Shown here piece after piece: positions 12,259 through 23,885 of a DNA stretch of 64,000 bases. Below the pieces are notes generated by a model. It had not been told where the DNA came from. It was given only the letters and a program-made list of their open reading frames with translations, and did not search any database. The DNA comes from Tubiluchus corallicola (lineage: Eukaryota > Animalia > Priapulida). Both the position numbers and the translations under genes were made by a program. The DNA lies in contig JAQGDQ010000093.1 in NCBI GenBank assembly GCA_030141605.1, positions 558,001-622,000 on the forward strand, given 5' to 3'. The stretch's first letter is position 1; each line of letters starts with the position of its first letter.

Positions 12259-12853
12259 CTGAAAAGACTGAAAGAAAAACGTATTAATACAGATAACCAA
12301 ATTGAAAATGAAAAATGGGTGGAACATAAATGCATGAGGGTTTTTGAATATTTGAAAATGGGTGGGTTTGAAATTGGAAATGTTGATTATGAAGAACTGT
12401 GGCCACAAGAAGCATCTCCTCCAAAGTTCCATGGTTCGTAATGGAAAGGAAGATGCAACAATCGGCTCCAATGAGTTTGTTCCAACGCCAGACGTAATTA
12501 GAGTGTCATCATCGATTTCTCTAGCCTCCATGCTGTGTCTGTTATGGAGAAGCTAGAGTAAATTTTTCAAATGTGCAAAGCAATTTCTTAACATACAAAG
12601 CAGTTTAATTCATTGAACTTTATTTTCAAACTCTTAGCTATTTGTTACTGTTTACTGGTCTGTTTATTCGTTATCTATTTGGCTTCTGTTAACTACTTAA
12701 TTAGTGCATAATAGGCTCTGCCTATATAAACTGGTTGTTTGTTTGTAAATTTACCACTTATGATGACAGTAGCAGCCTGTCGAAACGTTTGGCATGATTT
12801 TAACTTTTTAATGTAAAAGTTTTAATAAAGTTGTGTTGTTTTAAACTATAAAA
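12259..12853 (+). mobile_element. Decayed Penelope-like element: ORF remnant plus HH1 pseudo-LTR
   Basis: 12259-12441 reads ...YLKMGGFEIGNVDYEELWPQEASPPKFHGS*, resembling the PLE motif upstream of RT (Y..L.P....P.FYGLPKIHK). 12640-12853 is an HH1 copy whose core is mutated to CTTATGA. Confidence 0.55.
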
Positions 12854-13130
12854 TTTGGAGTGAGATCGTACTTCGCTAATTGCAAACACGGGTTTCATGG
12901 TTAGTTCTGCACAATCGGACTGCTTTAGACCACTTTAAAAGACCTCTTATTCGTGACGTGGTACCCATTAATTAGTGTGAGCATTGAAAGAGCAATGATA
13001 TACCACCACACCAACAACAACAGCGACAGCTGCAGCAGCAGAAGTAATGGTAACGACTGTTACCACCAACATCAAACGTTCACAAAAGCAGCTGCTGTGA
13101 CAATATTGTAAATGTCAATGCATGTTGTGC

Positions 13131-13665
13131 TTAAAGCAAACGTGCTATTTTTTTTCAAAAATGACTTATATGAAAGAATTATTACCACACAAACACAATT
13201 TCACGTTCCGCCATTAGTTCTTCACTATTACATGCATTTTGCCATTCGCTAGTTAGACGGGCACTAGCACCTGAATTTCGGAAACGCATTGCACAAAAAA
13301 CAGGTGCTGTACCTCTTAATTCAGATATGCCCGTTCGACACTCGTACCTGAGCACAGCGGTAAATTTGAAATTTTAATTTTTATCTTAAAACTTGCCTAG
13401 TTTTAGTACAACAACACACTGAATATCCTACAGTAGTGCTGTATTTTAATTTTCGCTTTCACAAACACGTGCAACACGCTCGTGAAATATTCTTGTTGTT
13501 GAAAATTATGTTAGTTTGTGATGTCATCAATAGTGGGGTCGCCCGTCGTTAATTAAGATTTTAATCTATTATTTAATTACCAGAAACGCTTTTGCAGTAT
13601 TAATCGTGTTAAAATGTATACTTTTTATCGGGTAGTATATGAAAAATCATCCTGTCTTCCTTTAA
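13131..13665 (-). mobile_element. MITE family A
   Basis: ttaaagcaaa ... catcctgtcttcctttaa; TTAA on both sides. Confidence 0.85.
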
Positions 13666-13905
13666 ATGTTCTCTTATTATTTTCCATATTTATATCTTTG
13701 TACAAATATAGTTAGTGCTACGGTTAGTTTTACGAACTAAAATAAAATAATGAATGAATGAATGAACGAGTGAAAGAATGAATAACATTTAGACGCATTT
13801 AATAAATTTTTGCTTACAAATAGCCTACCCTACGCAATCTACGCAAGTAAAATCTACTGTGTTTTATTTCTTGTTTTTCTTGTTCTTTATTATTTTTGGC
13901 ACCAA

Positions 13906-14000
13906 TTACGTGACGTAACGTAACGTAACGTAGCGTAACGTAACGTAACGTAACGTAACGTAACGTAACGTAACGTAACGTAACATAACATAACATAATA
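13906..14000. repeat. (TAACG)n-(TAACA)n microsatellite
   Basis: Directly visible; adjoins the 3' end of the CR1 fragment. Confidence 0.95.
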
Positions 14001-14039
14001 TAAGCTTTACTGTTAAAACACGTTGGCAAAAACATGCAA

Positions 14040-14460
14040 ATACAATATTTACAAGAGTATGGTAAAGAAATAAAGAGATTGCTTACATGTGTCTATTGTG
14101 TACAATGAATTTATGCAAGTTAACTTTATATAAGCTGTTTTTAAATAACTTAATATTTTGTGCAGTTACGAGGGGTGCATCATCAACATATATGCAGGCA
14201 ATGAGTTCCAAATCGGTACAACTCGATTTGAGAAAAATTGACCAAATGAAACTTTAGCTGTGCGACACGAAAAGCTTCAAAGAATGATTTTTCCTTGTTT
14301 TATTGTAGGATACACAGGTAAAAAAATTGTCGAAAACAATATCAAAATCTCTATGAATAATTTGGAAGCATGAAACGAAATCTTTTTGAATGCGTCTCTC
14401 CTCTAAAGACTTTAGTTGTAGAATCTCCAGACCCTTAGGATATGGCATATATATCGCAAT
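14040..14460 (-). mobile_element. CR1-clade LINE 3' end (ORF2 C-terminus remnant)
   Basis: Minus strand reads LQLKSLEERRIQKDF..CFQII..D..FDNFF...TRKNHSLKL, then FSNRVVPIWNSLP, typical of the CR1/L2-group ORF2 tail. Confidence 0.8.
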
Positions 14461-14569
14461 TTTTTAAATTGAAGCTAAGGCAAATTTCAAGGTCAAGGCA
14501 ATAGGTCTTGGAGTCACTATATTTGTAGATGGGCTACTGTACTGCCGAATCCGAAATCATTGTGTGAAA

Positions 14570-14725
14570 AATACGGCTGCGCCATTTTTGTGTGGTTTTT
14601 TCTACCTTTTAATCAACCGTATTACTGTGTTACAACGTGTTTATTGCTATGTGGCTGTACATCAACTGCGCAGACAAATGGTTGTTTGGAGATTTTTGAA
14701 ACTTTGGAAACTTTTGAATCAATAG
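14570..14725 (+). other. Probable non-coding first exon of the SLC26 gene (5'-UTR intron 14726-16188)
   Basis: YY1-like GCCATTTT at about 14580, consensus donor AG|GTAAGT at 14725/14726, and polypyrimidine acceptor tttttctttacttttag ending at 16188, 238 nt upstream of the ATG. The exon start is a guess. Confidence 0.5.
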
Positions 14726-16426
14726 GTAAGTGGAAAAATTATAGCCGTAAGATTATAGTATAAAAATATAGTGTCATTAACTACGGTATTTTCATCTATG
14801 TTTAGCGTATACGATACTTACGCCATATTTATAGAAATTGTATAATTTTGCTCTGCGTTGTGCAGTCATGTAAACGATGACATTGAAATGAATGATATTT
14901 TGACGGATACAGTCACTACTGTACCTATTATAAACAGCGTTGAATTTTTTAGTTTTACCTACAGCGATATGAATGTTGTTTTTAGTATAGTTTATATCAC
15001 GTTTGAGCCATTCGAATGTTGAAAGGTTTTTTCTTATATTCAAAATAACTTTTGTCTATTTGCGATTTTGTTCAGTAAACGGTGTTGTTTATGACCGCCT
15101 ACACAGGACAGAAATTATTGTAAAAAAGTATTGCAGATTAGTGGTGAAGGGGCAATTGTTTGTGTAGCTAACCGTATTAGAAGTTTGGTAGTTTTGTTCA
15201 CAAGTAAAAGAGGACACTTACAAGACGAGTTTCTATACAAAGGGATAACATAAAGTACTCGCCTACTGTTTGGATTGGTCACTCTTTTAGACACGAAAGT
15301 TTCGCGTTTTCGTTATGTCTAACTGGACAGTAGTGCACACTCATTTGCCTCACAGTGGATAACATTTTATCTAAATCACAGTTCAAACAATAGTATTACA
15401 TATTACAATGTAATACTATTGTTTAAATTGTGTCTCAGTGTTGGCTCTGTGGCAGTCTGTAGTACGTCAGTTCCGACACTGACTCGTTTTGCACGCTAGC
15501 CGGTAACCGGGTAAATAAACCATTTCTAGCCTTCACACCTCTACACTGTTACGTCCACCGTGGTTTTTACCCTTTCAGCCCAGTCACGAGCCACTGGTCA
15601 CTTGATTTGAGCCTCTTAAATGGTTTTCTTTGCGCCTTGTTGCTAGCCCGTCTTTAGCAGAGAGTTCAATAGAGTACAGTAGAGTTTTCGTTCAGTGAGT
15701 GGCGATTTCTGGCTTACATTTAGTATAGTAGCAAGTAATTAAATGCCAGGCAAAGTAGGTATTATTCTTAATAATTAGCGTAGTATTGACGAATATATGG
15801 GAACTTTATTCTTCTGCTGCCATTATCACGCGAGTTGCATTCTGGGTAGTGCTAAGCAATACGTGCCATATTTAGTAGCTGATGGTGCTCTGAGTCATTT
15901 TGATTTAACGTCAGCTTTAGTACTTTTAATATTATTGATTCGCTGAATTTTTGAATTATTAATTGTGCTGCTGTGATATTAACAATAATGAATGATAATT
16001 AGCTTGATAGTAGTAAGTAATTTTACTTACTAAGGCTTATACAACGTAAAAAATACCTAGTCCTAATCCAAGTTATCTTATTTTTTGTGATATATTTTAT
16101 TATAGACCTTAGAGTATAAGACTTAACGTAGGTTTTGTCCCACTTTGTATTTAGTTGTTAAAATTCCCATGTTTTTCTTTACTTTTAGGAGTCTGTGAAA
16201 AGAGTGTTGCGTGATTACCAAGCTTATGCACTTGAAAAGTGAAAATACAAAAGAACATATTCCTGCAATCACTTACTAAGTATTGTCGAAAACGGATACT
16301 TTTTTGTGCCGTACACACTGATAGGTTCTTGTTTTTCTAAAGTGATCGCTCATTGGTGGCTTTTTGTCTGTTGGTACAGTCACTGGTTGCAGTTTAGATC
16401 GAGCAGGTGCTGGTCAAGTGGTCATC

Positions 16427-18619
16427 ATGAACAACTACAAGGTTAACCGTCCCGTGTATAACATCAAGTCTTTAAACGATGATTATGAGTTCAACACCGA
16501 AACTCAGTCTGTACTGACCAGACTGTGGACATCGGTCAAATCAACAAGAAAATTCTGCAGTTACCACAGGTGTGGAAAAGTATTAGTTTCCGGTGTCCGG
16601 AACTTGTTTCCGTGCTCAAAGTGGCTACTAAGGTATGACGTCAGACGCGATCTATATAATGACATCATCGCTGGTTTGACGATAGCTATCTTGCTGATTC
16701 CTCAAGCAATGGCGTATGCTCAACTTGTAAATTTGCCACCAGTCAATGGCTTGTATACGAGTTTCTTTTCCCAGTTCATTTATTTCGTTTTGGGACAGTC
16801 GAGATACATCAGTGTGGGCCCATCCGCCACCATATCTTGGTTAACAGGAGCTGCTGTGTACAAGCACAGTAAGCTGTTATGTGCGCATGCATTGAAAGAT
16901 GGCGGAAATTCTACGCTATCTGTCATGTTTTTTAATGGAACACTGCCATCTGTTGACGAGCCACCTGACGAAGTGCACATCATGGTGGCAAGTGCCATTA
17001 CTTTGTGCGCTGGCCTGCTTTTAGTAGCTATGGGACTGCTGCGTCTTGGATTTATTACTGCCTACCTTTCTGAGTCAGTTACCGATGCGTTTATCACTGG
17101 TTCAATCTTGTACATTGCCTCAGCACAGGTGATGACAATCCTCGGTCTTAAGACGCCATTTTTTCAGGGCCCTTTTAAACTTTTCCAAGAATGGGGTTGG
17201 GTCTTCCGTCATCTGAGAGAAACCAAGGTTGCAGAGGTGATTATATCTGCTGTAAGTTTAGCCGCCATTGTCCTTGTGAAGATACTCAACAATAGACTTA
17301 AACTCAAGGTTCCTGTTCCAATAGATTTCATAGTGATGGTCGTAAGCACGGTGTTGTCCTGGAAGTACGCATTCAAGGAGACCTACAACGTGTCAGTGTT
17401 GGATAACATACCCAATGGGTTTCCAAAGTTTACTGCTCCACCTCTCCTACTGATGAAAGCGGTGTTTGTCGACAGCGTCATCATCGCCGTGACTGCTTAC
17501 ACCGTGATGTATTCCATCGTGAAACAGCTGGCCAAGAAGTGCAAGAACCGAATTGACCCTAGCCAGGAGATGATAGCCTTGGGTAGTTGCTCTTTAGCCT
17601 GCTCACTTTTCACTGGATTTGTTCCATCAGTTTCATATGTAAGGAGCCTATTACAGAAGCTCTGGGGTGGAAAGACACAGCTGGTTAGTGCCACCTCGGC
17701 CATGTTTATACTCTTAACCTTGCTCTTCTTCGGACAGTATCTGGAGATGCTGCCAAATGCAGTTCTTTCCACCATTATACTTGTGGCTTTGCACAGCACA
17801 TTCTCTCACTATAACATGCCATTCTTGCTTTGGAGGGAAAGCAAGATCGACTGCATTGCTTGGTCTGTTACGTATATTGCTGTGGTCTGTTTTGACGTCA
17901 TCATTGGACTGATGATCGGCGTGTCTTTCTCTCTCCTGTCTGTTTTCATTTCTACCCAGTTTGCACGTGTTGTCAAGCTCGTCAACTTGCCAAACACAGA
18001 CATCTATGTTGCCGAAGACTTTCATAATTCCACAGAGGAGACCAAATACATCAAAGTGTTTCGTTATGAGAGCAACCTGAACTACATCAATGCTGAATTT
18101 TTCAAACAAAGATTAAACGACACCATTGGATATGATGCGTTGTTGGAAAACAGTAGTTTTAATGAAACTAACGTAACTGTTGGTATAGATGAAACAAAGA
18201 ACGAAGAAAAAAGAAGAGAGGAAGAGACCGCCCATTTGCTAAATTCAGTTAAGAAAACCCATAAGCCTAAAACTAATGGGGTGGTGACATCTCTGTATGG
18301 CGCCATTAGTGTTAACCACTCGCACTCTGTTGTAGAAACGCCACCGCTATCTACAGGCGATTCTTCAAACATCAAAGCTGTAATTCTTGATTGTTCCAAG
18401 TTTTCAACAATTGACATGACAGCAGCCAAGGTATTAAGACAATTGTATGACGATTACAAGGACGTTGGTGTCGAACTGTTTTTTGGCAACTGTCATGGCC
18501 GTCTTATGACGTCACTTGTGAAAATGCACGTTTTAGAAACGATTCCATTTGATCATTTTTTCCCTAGCATTCATGATGCCATGTTAGACTGTCGTGAAAA
18601 ATGCGTCTACTTGAAGTAA
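16427..18619 (+). CDS. SLC26/SulP family anion transporter (prestin/pendrin-like) with C-terminal STAS domain, 730 aa, CDS without introns
   Basis: Long ORF with SLC26 hallmarks DIIAGLTIAILLIPQAMAYAQL, GLYTSFF, GQSRYISVG, GLLRLGFITAYLSE, SQEMIALG, RSLLQ..GGKTQL and a STAS domain (KVFRYESNLNYINAEFF ... VILDCSKFSTID ... FFPSIHDAM). The first in-frame ATG is at 16427 (gtcatcATGa); the ORF-track start at 16364 is TTG. The paralogue cannot be assigned. Confidence 0.95.
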   Translation: MNNYKVNRPVYNIKSLNDDYEFNTETQSVLTRLWTSVKSTRKFCSYHRCGKVLVSGVRNLFPCSKWLLRYDVRRDLYNDIIAGLTIAILLIPQAMAYAQLVNLPPVNGLYTSFFSQFIYFVLGQSRYISVGPSATISWLTGAAVYKHSKLLCAHALKDGGNSTLSVMFFNGTLPSVDEPPDEVHIMVASAITLCAGLLLVAMGLLRLGFITAYLSESVTDAFITGSILYIASAQVMTILGLKTPFFQGPFKLFQEWGWVFRHLRETKVAEVIISAVSLAAIVLVKILNNRLKLKVPVPIDFIVMVVSTVLSWKYAFKETYNVSVLDNIPNGFPKFTAPPLLLMKAVFVDSVIIAVTAYTVMYSIVKQLAKKCKNRIDPSQEMIALGSCSLACSLFTGFVPSVSYVRSLLQKLWGGKTQLVSATSAMFILLTLLFFGQYLEMLPNAVLSTIILVALHSTFSHYNMPFLLWRESKIDCIAWSVTYIAVVCFDVIIGLMIGVSFSLLSVFISTQFARVVKLVNLPNTDIYVAEDFHNSTEETKYIKVFRYESNLNYINAEFFKQRLNDTIGYDALLENSSFNETNVTVGIDETKNEEKRREEETAHLLNSVKKTHKPKTNGVVTSLYGAISVNHSHSVVETPPLSTGDSSNIKAVILDCSKFSTIDMTAAKVLRQLYDDYKDVGVELFFGNCHGRLMTSLVKMHVLETIPFDHFFPSIHDAMLDCREKCVYLK

Positions 18620-18696
18620 AATTGAAATTATTTTATTGTTAATATATCATGTTTAGGTTATAATTGATAGATTATTTGTTGTGAAACGTTTTAAAG

Positions 18697-18702
18697 AATA
18701 AA
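18697..18702 (+). promoter_or_regulatory. Polyadenylation signal of the SLC26 gene
   Basis: AATAAA about 78 nt after the stop codon, followed by T/GT-rich sequence. Confidence 0.6.
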
Positions 18703-19098
18703 CGTTGAAGAACTGTTCAACTTTGTACGATGTTATATTCTATCCAAAGCGGTCAACTGTCTTTGTAAAGATGCTATGCACACTTAGGACTTGTGTGGTC
18801 ACTGCTGGTCAGTCCAATAAATTACCCGAGATTCAGTATATGTTCGATTTGTGCAAGTGCCAACTACCTGAATAATTATTGCTTGGTCAGTTAGCTAGTT
18901 AGTCTGTACGTGCATCAATTATATAAGAAGATAGGCGTTCAGTACTAAGTAAAAGTAATAGCTTTTTGCATTATGACATCATAGTGACGTAAAAATATCA
19001 ATATGATTGCTTGCATATTACCAACAAGGATAAAAACGACAACTATTGTCTATTAATATTAACAATCAGTTAGGCATCACCTGGTAGGCCTACTCATA

Positions 19099-19619
19099 CA
19101 GTGGCGGGTCGTAGCTGTTGTTTCAAAAATTTCTTAGCTATTGTTTTAATACCGTGTAAAACGAAATAAATATATGTAATTTTAATAATGTAATTTGTAA
19201 TTTTAAACAAACAAACGTATGAAAGTTTAAATATAAACTTGATAAAATCCTAAACAAAAAGTATTTTTTGCTTATTAATAGCCTAAATTGTACTAGTTCA
19301 AGCTTGATTCATTCACGGTAAGCACGTGAGAACTGACAACAAACTGTGTGAGCGACAGTACTTTCTGGGTTCAGACTTTCGCATAACAGCCAAACACCAC
19401 GTTGCTTTCTAATGTGGTCAACACCACGTTGCTTGAGCTGTAAACACGCTGTGCTGGGCTGTCAAGGAAACACCCTCACGTGGTCTGGTAGCGTACAAGT
19501 GTAAAGAACGAACTAAAGAAAAATATCGATAATATAATCGATCTTGAATGTTATCGATAATATTGAGTGAAAATAGGGGGTGCTGCAGTTCCACAGTGCC
19601 TATACACGAGCTGCCATTG
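19099..19619 (+). mobile_element. hAT-like MITE family D
   Basis: Imperfect TIR cagtggcgggtcgt / acgagctgccattg; body shared with the other copies; no clear TSD. Confidence 0.8.
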
Positions 19620-20409
19620 CATTCAGATATAACAGAATCAGTCAGGCATCATCTGGTACGCCTACTCAAGTTACCCCAGGTACTAACCACAACAATTAGG
19701 GTCAAGAAGTCAGTCAGCATCTAGCCATCGTGTCAACCGACCTCAATCCCACAAAAACAGTAAGCACCCTGTCAGTCAAACAATCATCTAACCTACAACG
19801 CGTTATTAATGTAATTTATAATAATTAATGCTAAAACATACAAAAATCATGTAAGACCTCAAATCATATATATATATAAAATTACAGTAGAGAATGTAGT
19901 AATTAGTAATACTAGAAACATTAAAAATTTATATTAAATAATGCACATTTCAGTATCTTGCCTTTACACCCACGTGAAAGTTAAATAGTTCGGAAAATCT
20001 GTTCTGCTGATCAATCCGCTGGTCTCATCCGCCATGTTCTCTCCAAATCGAATAACCTACCCGCTTCTTTGCACTTATTCCCTTGATCCCGCAATGTATG
20101 GCTGTTACTTGCAATTTGGATCAAGTTATTTTATTCGGGATAATTGATTTCTGCGTCTCGAACGTCCGCCGTGTCACCGCTGAAGATTAAATTAGTGTAA
20201 AATATGCCCGCTAGGCGGTGCCTTGTGGCTTTTAATCACCAGTCTTGTCACAAACGCATTTTTATTTGACCTTGTTATACATCAAACAAAATGCTGGGCT
20301 GTACAGGGCGTTCCAAAGAAACAGTACTTTAGAAATAGATGATAAATGAAGAAAATTTTCTATAATGGTGCTACTGACCTTGCATTGATGATGATGATAA
20401 TGATGTACA

Positions 20410-20876
20410 AATGATAACCGGACGATTTTTAGACTCAATCTCATTGTACTTTACTGTCCAAAATATACATTTTCTTGCCCATAAAAGTTAACAATTGTTT
20501 TTCATATTTGAATTAATTAGCTTAGAAAGTTAATTAACGGCAACCGAACACAACTATTGCTTACATCAGAAGTGTTACTGCTTAAAACGTGAAGTCACGA
20601 GGTCTCCACGTCATATGACATCAGAAACTAATCACGATCATGGTTATCACGGTACCGCCTTCTATTTGTCGCCCACGCGAATGGGACAAAAAGGCGCTGT
20701 TGCCAATCTTAGTAGATTCACTGAGCAGCGTGTAGCTTTAAAAGTTTCACAAAATTTGAGTATCCGAGGTAATTATTATTTAATCTTTGATTTAAAAAAG
20801 CTATTGTAGTTTTCTATAATTTAGAGAATTTTTTATTCTGAACTAATGTTTACACAATCATCCGGTTTTCCTTTAA
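20410..20876 (-). mobile_element. Kolobok/T2-like MITE family B
   Basis: Reverse complement of 38043-38583; ends caatcatccggttttcctttaa. Confidence 0.8.
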
Positions 20877-21300
20877 TATATATTAGTCTCAGGATCTCTT
20901 GTATTTTGACTTGTACATGAAAAAAACTTAAGAGTGAAAGATGGCTGCCTACATATTTGCGTTTTTGTTTAACCTGCACGCGCCATGTTTAACTTATTCA
21001 CATCGCCATGTTGATTGAGTGCTAACAGGTTTTAAGAAAATTTGATCTCAAACTTGTAAACAGCTTTGCAGAGCTAAGTGTTAAATGCTGTCAATGCGTA
21101 ACACATCGTCTCCAAACTTCTTGGTTCTCTCAGCGTTTTAAAACCTAAATTTAGCGTGTAAACGTTTGCAAGGGTGTTGAATGATCTTCAGAAATAAATG
21201 TCGACCGAACTGAACGTCGAGACCATTGTAAATGTTAGAGTAAATCCACAATTATTGATTTTCTGAAAGAAAATTTGACAGAAAAAAGAAGTAAAAGAAT

Positions 21301-21374
21301 TGTGACTGTGTCTGGAATCGAACCACGGACTTTGTATTAAAAGTTTAAGGCGATGACAATTATACCCTCCAGCT
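21301..21374 (-). mobile_element. Decayed tRNA-like / SINE head
   Basis: Minus strand has B box GGTTCGATTCC; the A box is degenerate. Confidence 0.4.
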
Positions 21375-21774
21375 CTTTGTTATTTTTGTATTAATGCAAT
21401 CGTAATGTTTTACCAACCAATCCATTATTTCTTGTTGTTAGTTTGCAAATGACAGAGTGATAATAAACTAATTAACTAATTTGATAGAGTGACAATTAAT
21501 TAATTAAATTATTTTTTGTAATCTATTTCCAGACTGAAATGTTCTGAAGAATTAATTCGGATAATTCTGATATTATTGATTCAATACATCGTACGTTATT
21601 CATAATAACTTCTTGTGGACATTATTTTGGATTGCAAATATAGTTAAAATTTTTATGATTACGTATATAGTATACACATCTGTCACAGAATAGTGATATT
21701 AGCTAGACCTATAAGACTAGTAGACGTACCACACTTATTGTCTGTAATTGTATTTTATTACACTATCATAATTG

Positions 21775-22167
21775 AATTACAGTGCTACTGTAAGATATTC
21801 AGTGTGTTGTACTAAAACTAGGCAAGTTTTCAGATAAAAATTCAAATTTCAAATTTACCGCTTGCTCACGCATGAGCTGTCGAACGTGTGTAGTTCGTCA
21901 CAAACTAACATATCTGAACTGAGAGGTTCAGCACTTGTTTCTGGTGTAATGCGTTTCTGAAATGCAGGCGCTAGTGCCCATCTAACTACCAAATGGCGAA
22001 ATGCATGTAACAGCGAAGAACTAGTGACGCGAACGCGAAATTGTGTTTGTGTGGCAATAATTCTTTCATGTAAGTCATTTTTGAAAAAATAGTATGTTTC
22101 ATTTCAATATTTTAAAGAGTAGATTGTTTTGACCTACAATTTAAGATTGGGTCCGGTTTTGCTTTAA
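21775..22167 (+). mobile_element. MITE family A, left end missing
   Basis: Body match; ends ggtccggttttgctttaa. Confidence 0.8.
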
Positions 22168-22468
22168 GCAGCTACTGAATCAAGCAATAGAGTTCAAGTG
22201 ATCGAGGGTTCTCTTGTGACACTGTTCTGTCTGTTGATACTGAGCCTAATTAAAATTGACTGAGTCTATTTGCTGAAGGGTTTGGTTGCAGAATACATCT
22301 GCAGAATGTTGTGTAATTTAGCAAAGTGAATAGAGAAGAAGAACCGTATTGTAGAGGTAAAGAAAGAATGATTGTGAATAGACAGATGGGAAGAGAGCAA
22401 ATACGGAGATAGAAAGAGCGATAGAAAGAGGGAGAGAGACACACAGGGAGAGAGAGAAAGAGAGAGAG

Positions 22469-22537
<69 letters not shown>

Positions 22538-23271
22538 CAAAGTACTGCACGTTTTTTAAACTGGAAACACTACCAAAATCAGCATTGCTCATATCTTATG
22601 ACATGTGTTGGAAGTGCAGCTGCTGTTCCAGGGATGTGAAACCAGCACAGATGAAGCCCAGATAAGTGAAAGGGGGAGTGTAAATTGTAATTGCAACAGC
22701 TGGTTTGTCCACAGTTATTAAGTTGCGTTGCGTTCTCAGCGAGCTGACAGAAGACGCATTCTAGACTGTGAAGTCTTGTGTACGGGAGAACGTGTTAAAC
22801 GTGTTCTGTTTGCGCTAGTGACATTGTGGCGCAGCCATTTTGTAAGGCCCGTCTGCGGTGCCCCTAACGGGCGTAAATTTACTCAAAAATAACGAATTTG
22901 AAGTTGAGCGAAATATCCTTTTTACATCGGTGAATTTGGATATTTTGGCCAAAGCGAAACCATCGGTGGAGTTCTGTATTATAGAAACTGATTGTGAACA
23001 GAAAAGAAGTTAGGCGTTGTGGAAATTATAAGTGGACTTATTTCTTCTAGATGTGTAGGCATTATGCATTAGTACAACCAGGTATGTGCAAGTATAGAGC
23101 GCTCCCAAGCGGTAGAAATTTGAAGCTCTCTGTAAGTAAAATCATTAACATGAGGTTTTAAAGTTGAAATACAGTGTAATTATGGTTTTATCCTACTTGT
23201 CATTCTGTTAAAGTTTTTCTGTACGCTGTACAAATGTTTCTGAAAAAAATTAATCGAGTTTGAGATTAAAC

Positions 23272-23885
23272 TTAAAGCAAAGCCGGACACAATCTTAAAC
23301 TGTAAGTCAAACAACCTATTCTTTAAAATACTGAACGGAAACATACTATTTTCTTTTCAAAATTGACTTACGTGAACGAATTATTACCTCATAAACAAAA
23401 TTCCGCGTTCGCGCCACTAGTTCTTCGTTGTTACATCCATCTCGCCATTCGCTAGTTTAAAAGGGGCACTAGCGTCTGCATTTTAGAAACGCATTGCACA
23501 AAAACAGATGCTGTACCTCTCAGTTCAGATGTGTTAGTTTGTGACGAACTACACACGTTCGACAGCACAGCGGTAAACCTGAAATTTGAATTTTTATCTA
23601 AACCTTCCTAGTTTTAGTACAACACACTGAATATCTTAAAGTAGCACTGTACTTCAATTTTTGCTTTCACAAACACGTGCAACACGCTCATGGAATATTT
23701 TTACTGTTGAATATTATGCTAGTTTGTGATGTCATCAATGTCATCGCCCGTCGTTAATTAAGTTTTTAATCTATTATTTAATTATCAGAAATGTTTTTAC
23801 AGTATTAAATGTGTTAAAATATATACATTTTATCGGATTTGAAAGCGGGAGTAGTATAATGAAACATCATCCTGTCTTCCTTTAA
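23272..23885 (-). mobile_element. MITE family A, full length
   Basis: ttaaagcaaagccgga ... catcctgtcttcctttaa. Confidence 0.85.

Noticed and set aside
16364-16426. N-terminal extension of SLC26 from the TTG start
   Set aside because: The gene is eukaryotic and the first ATG at 16427 has good context.
16780-18429. Antisense ORFs overlapping SLC26
   Set aside because: Shadow ORFs of the coding strand with no recognisable motifs.
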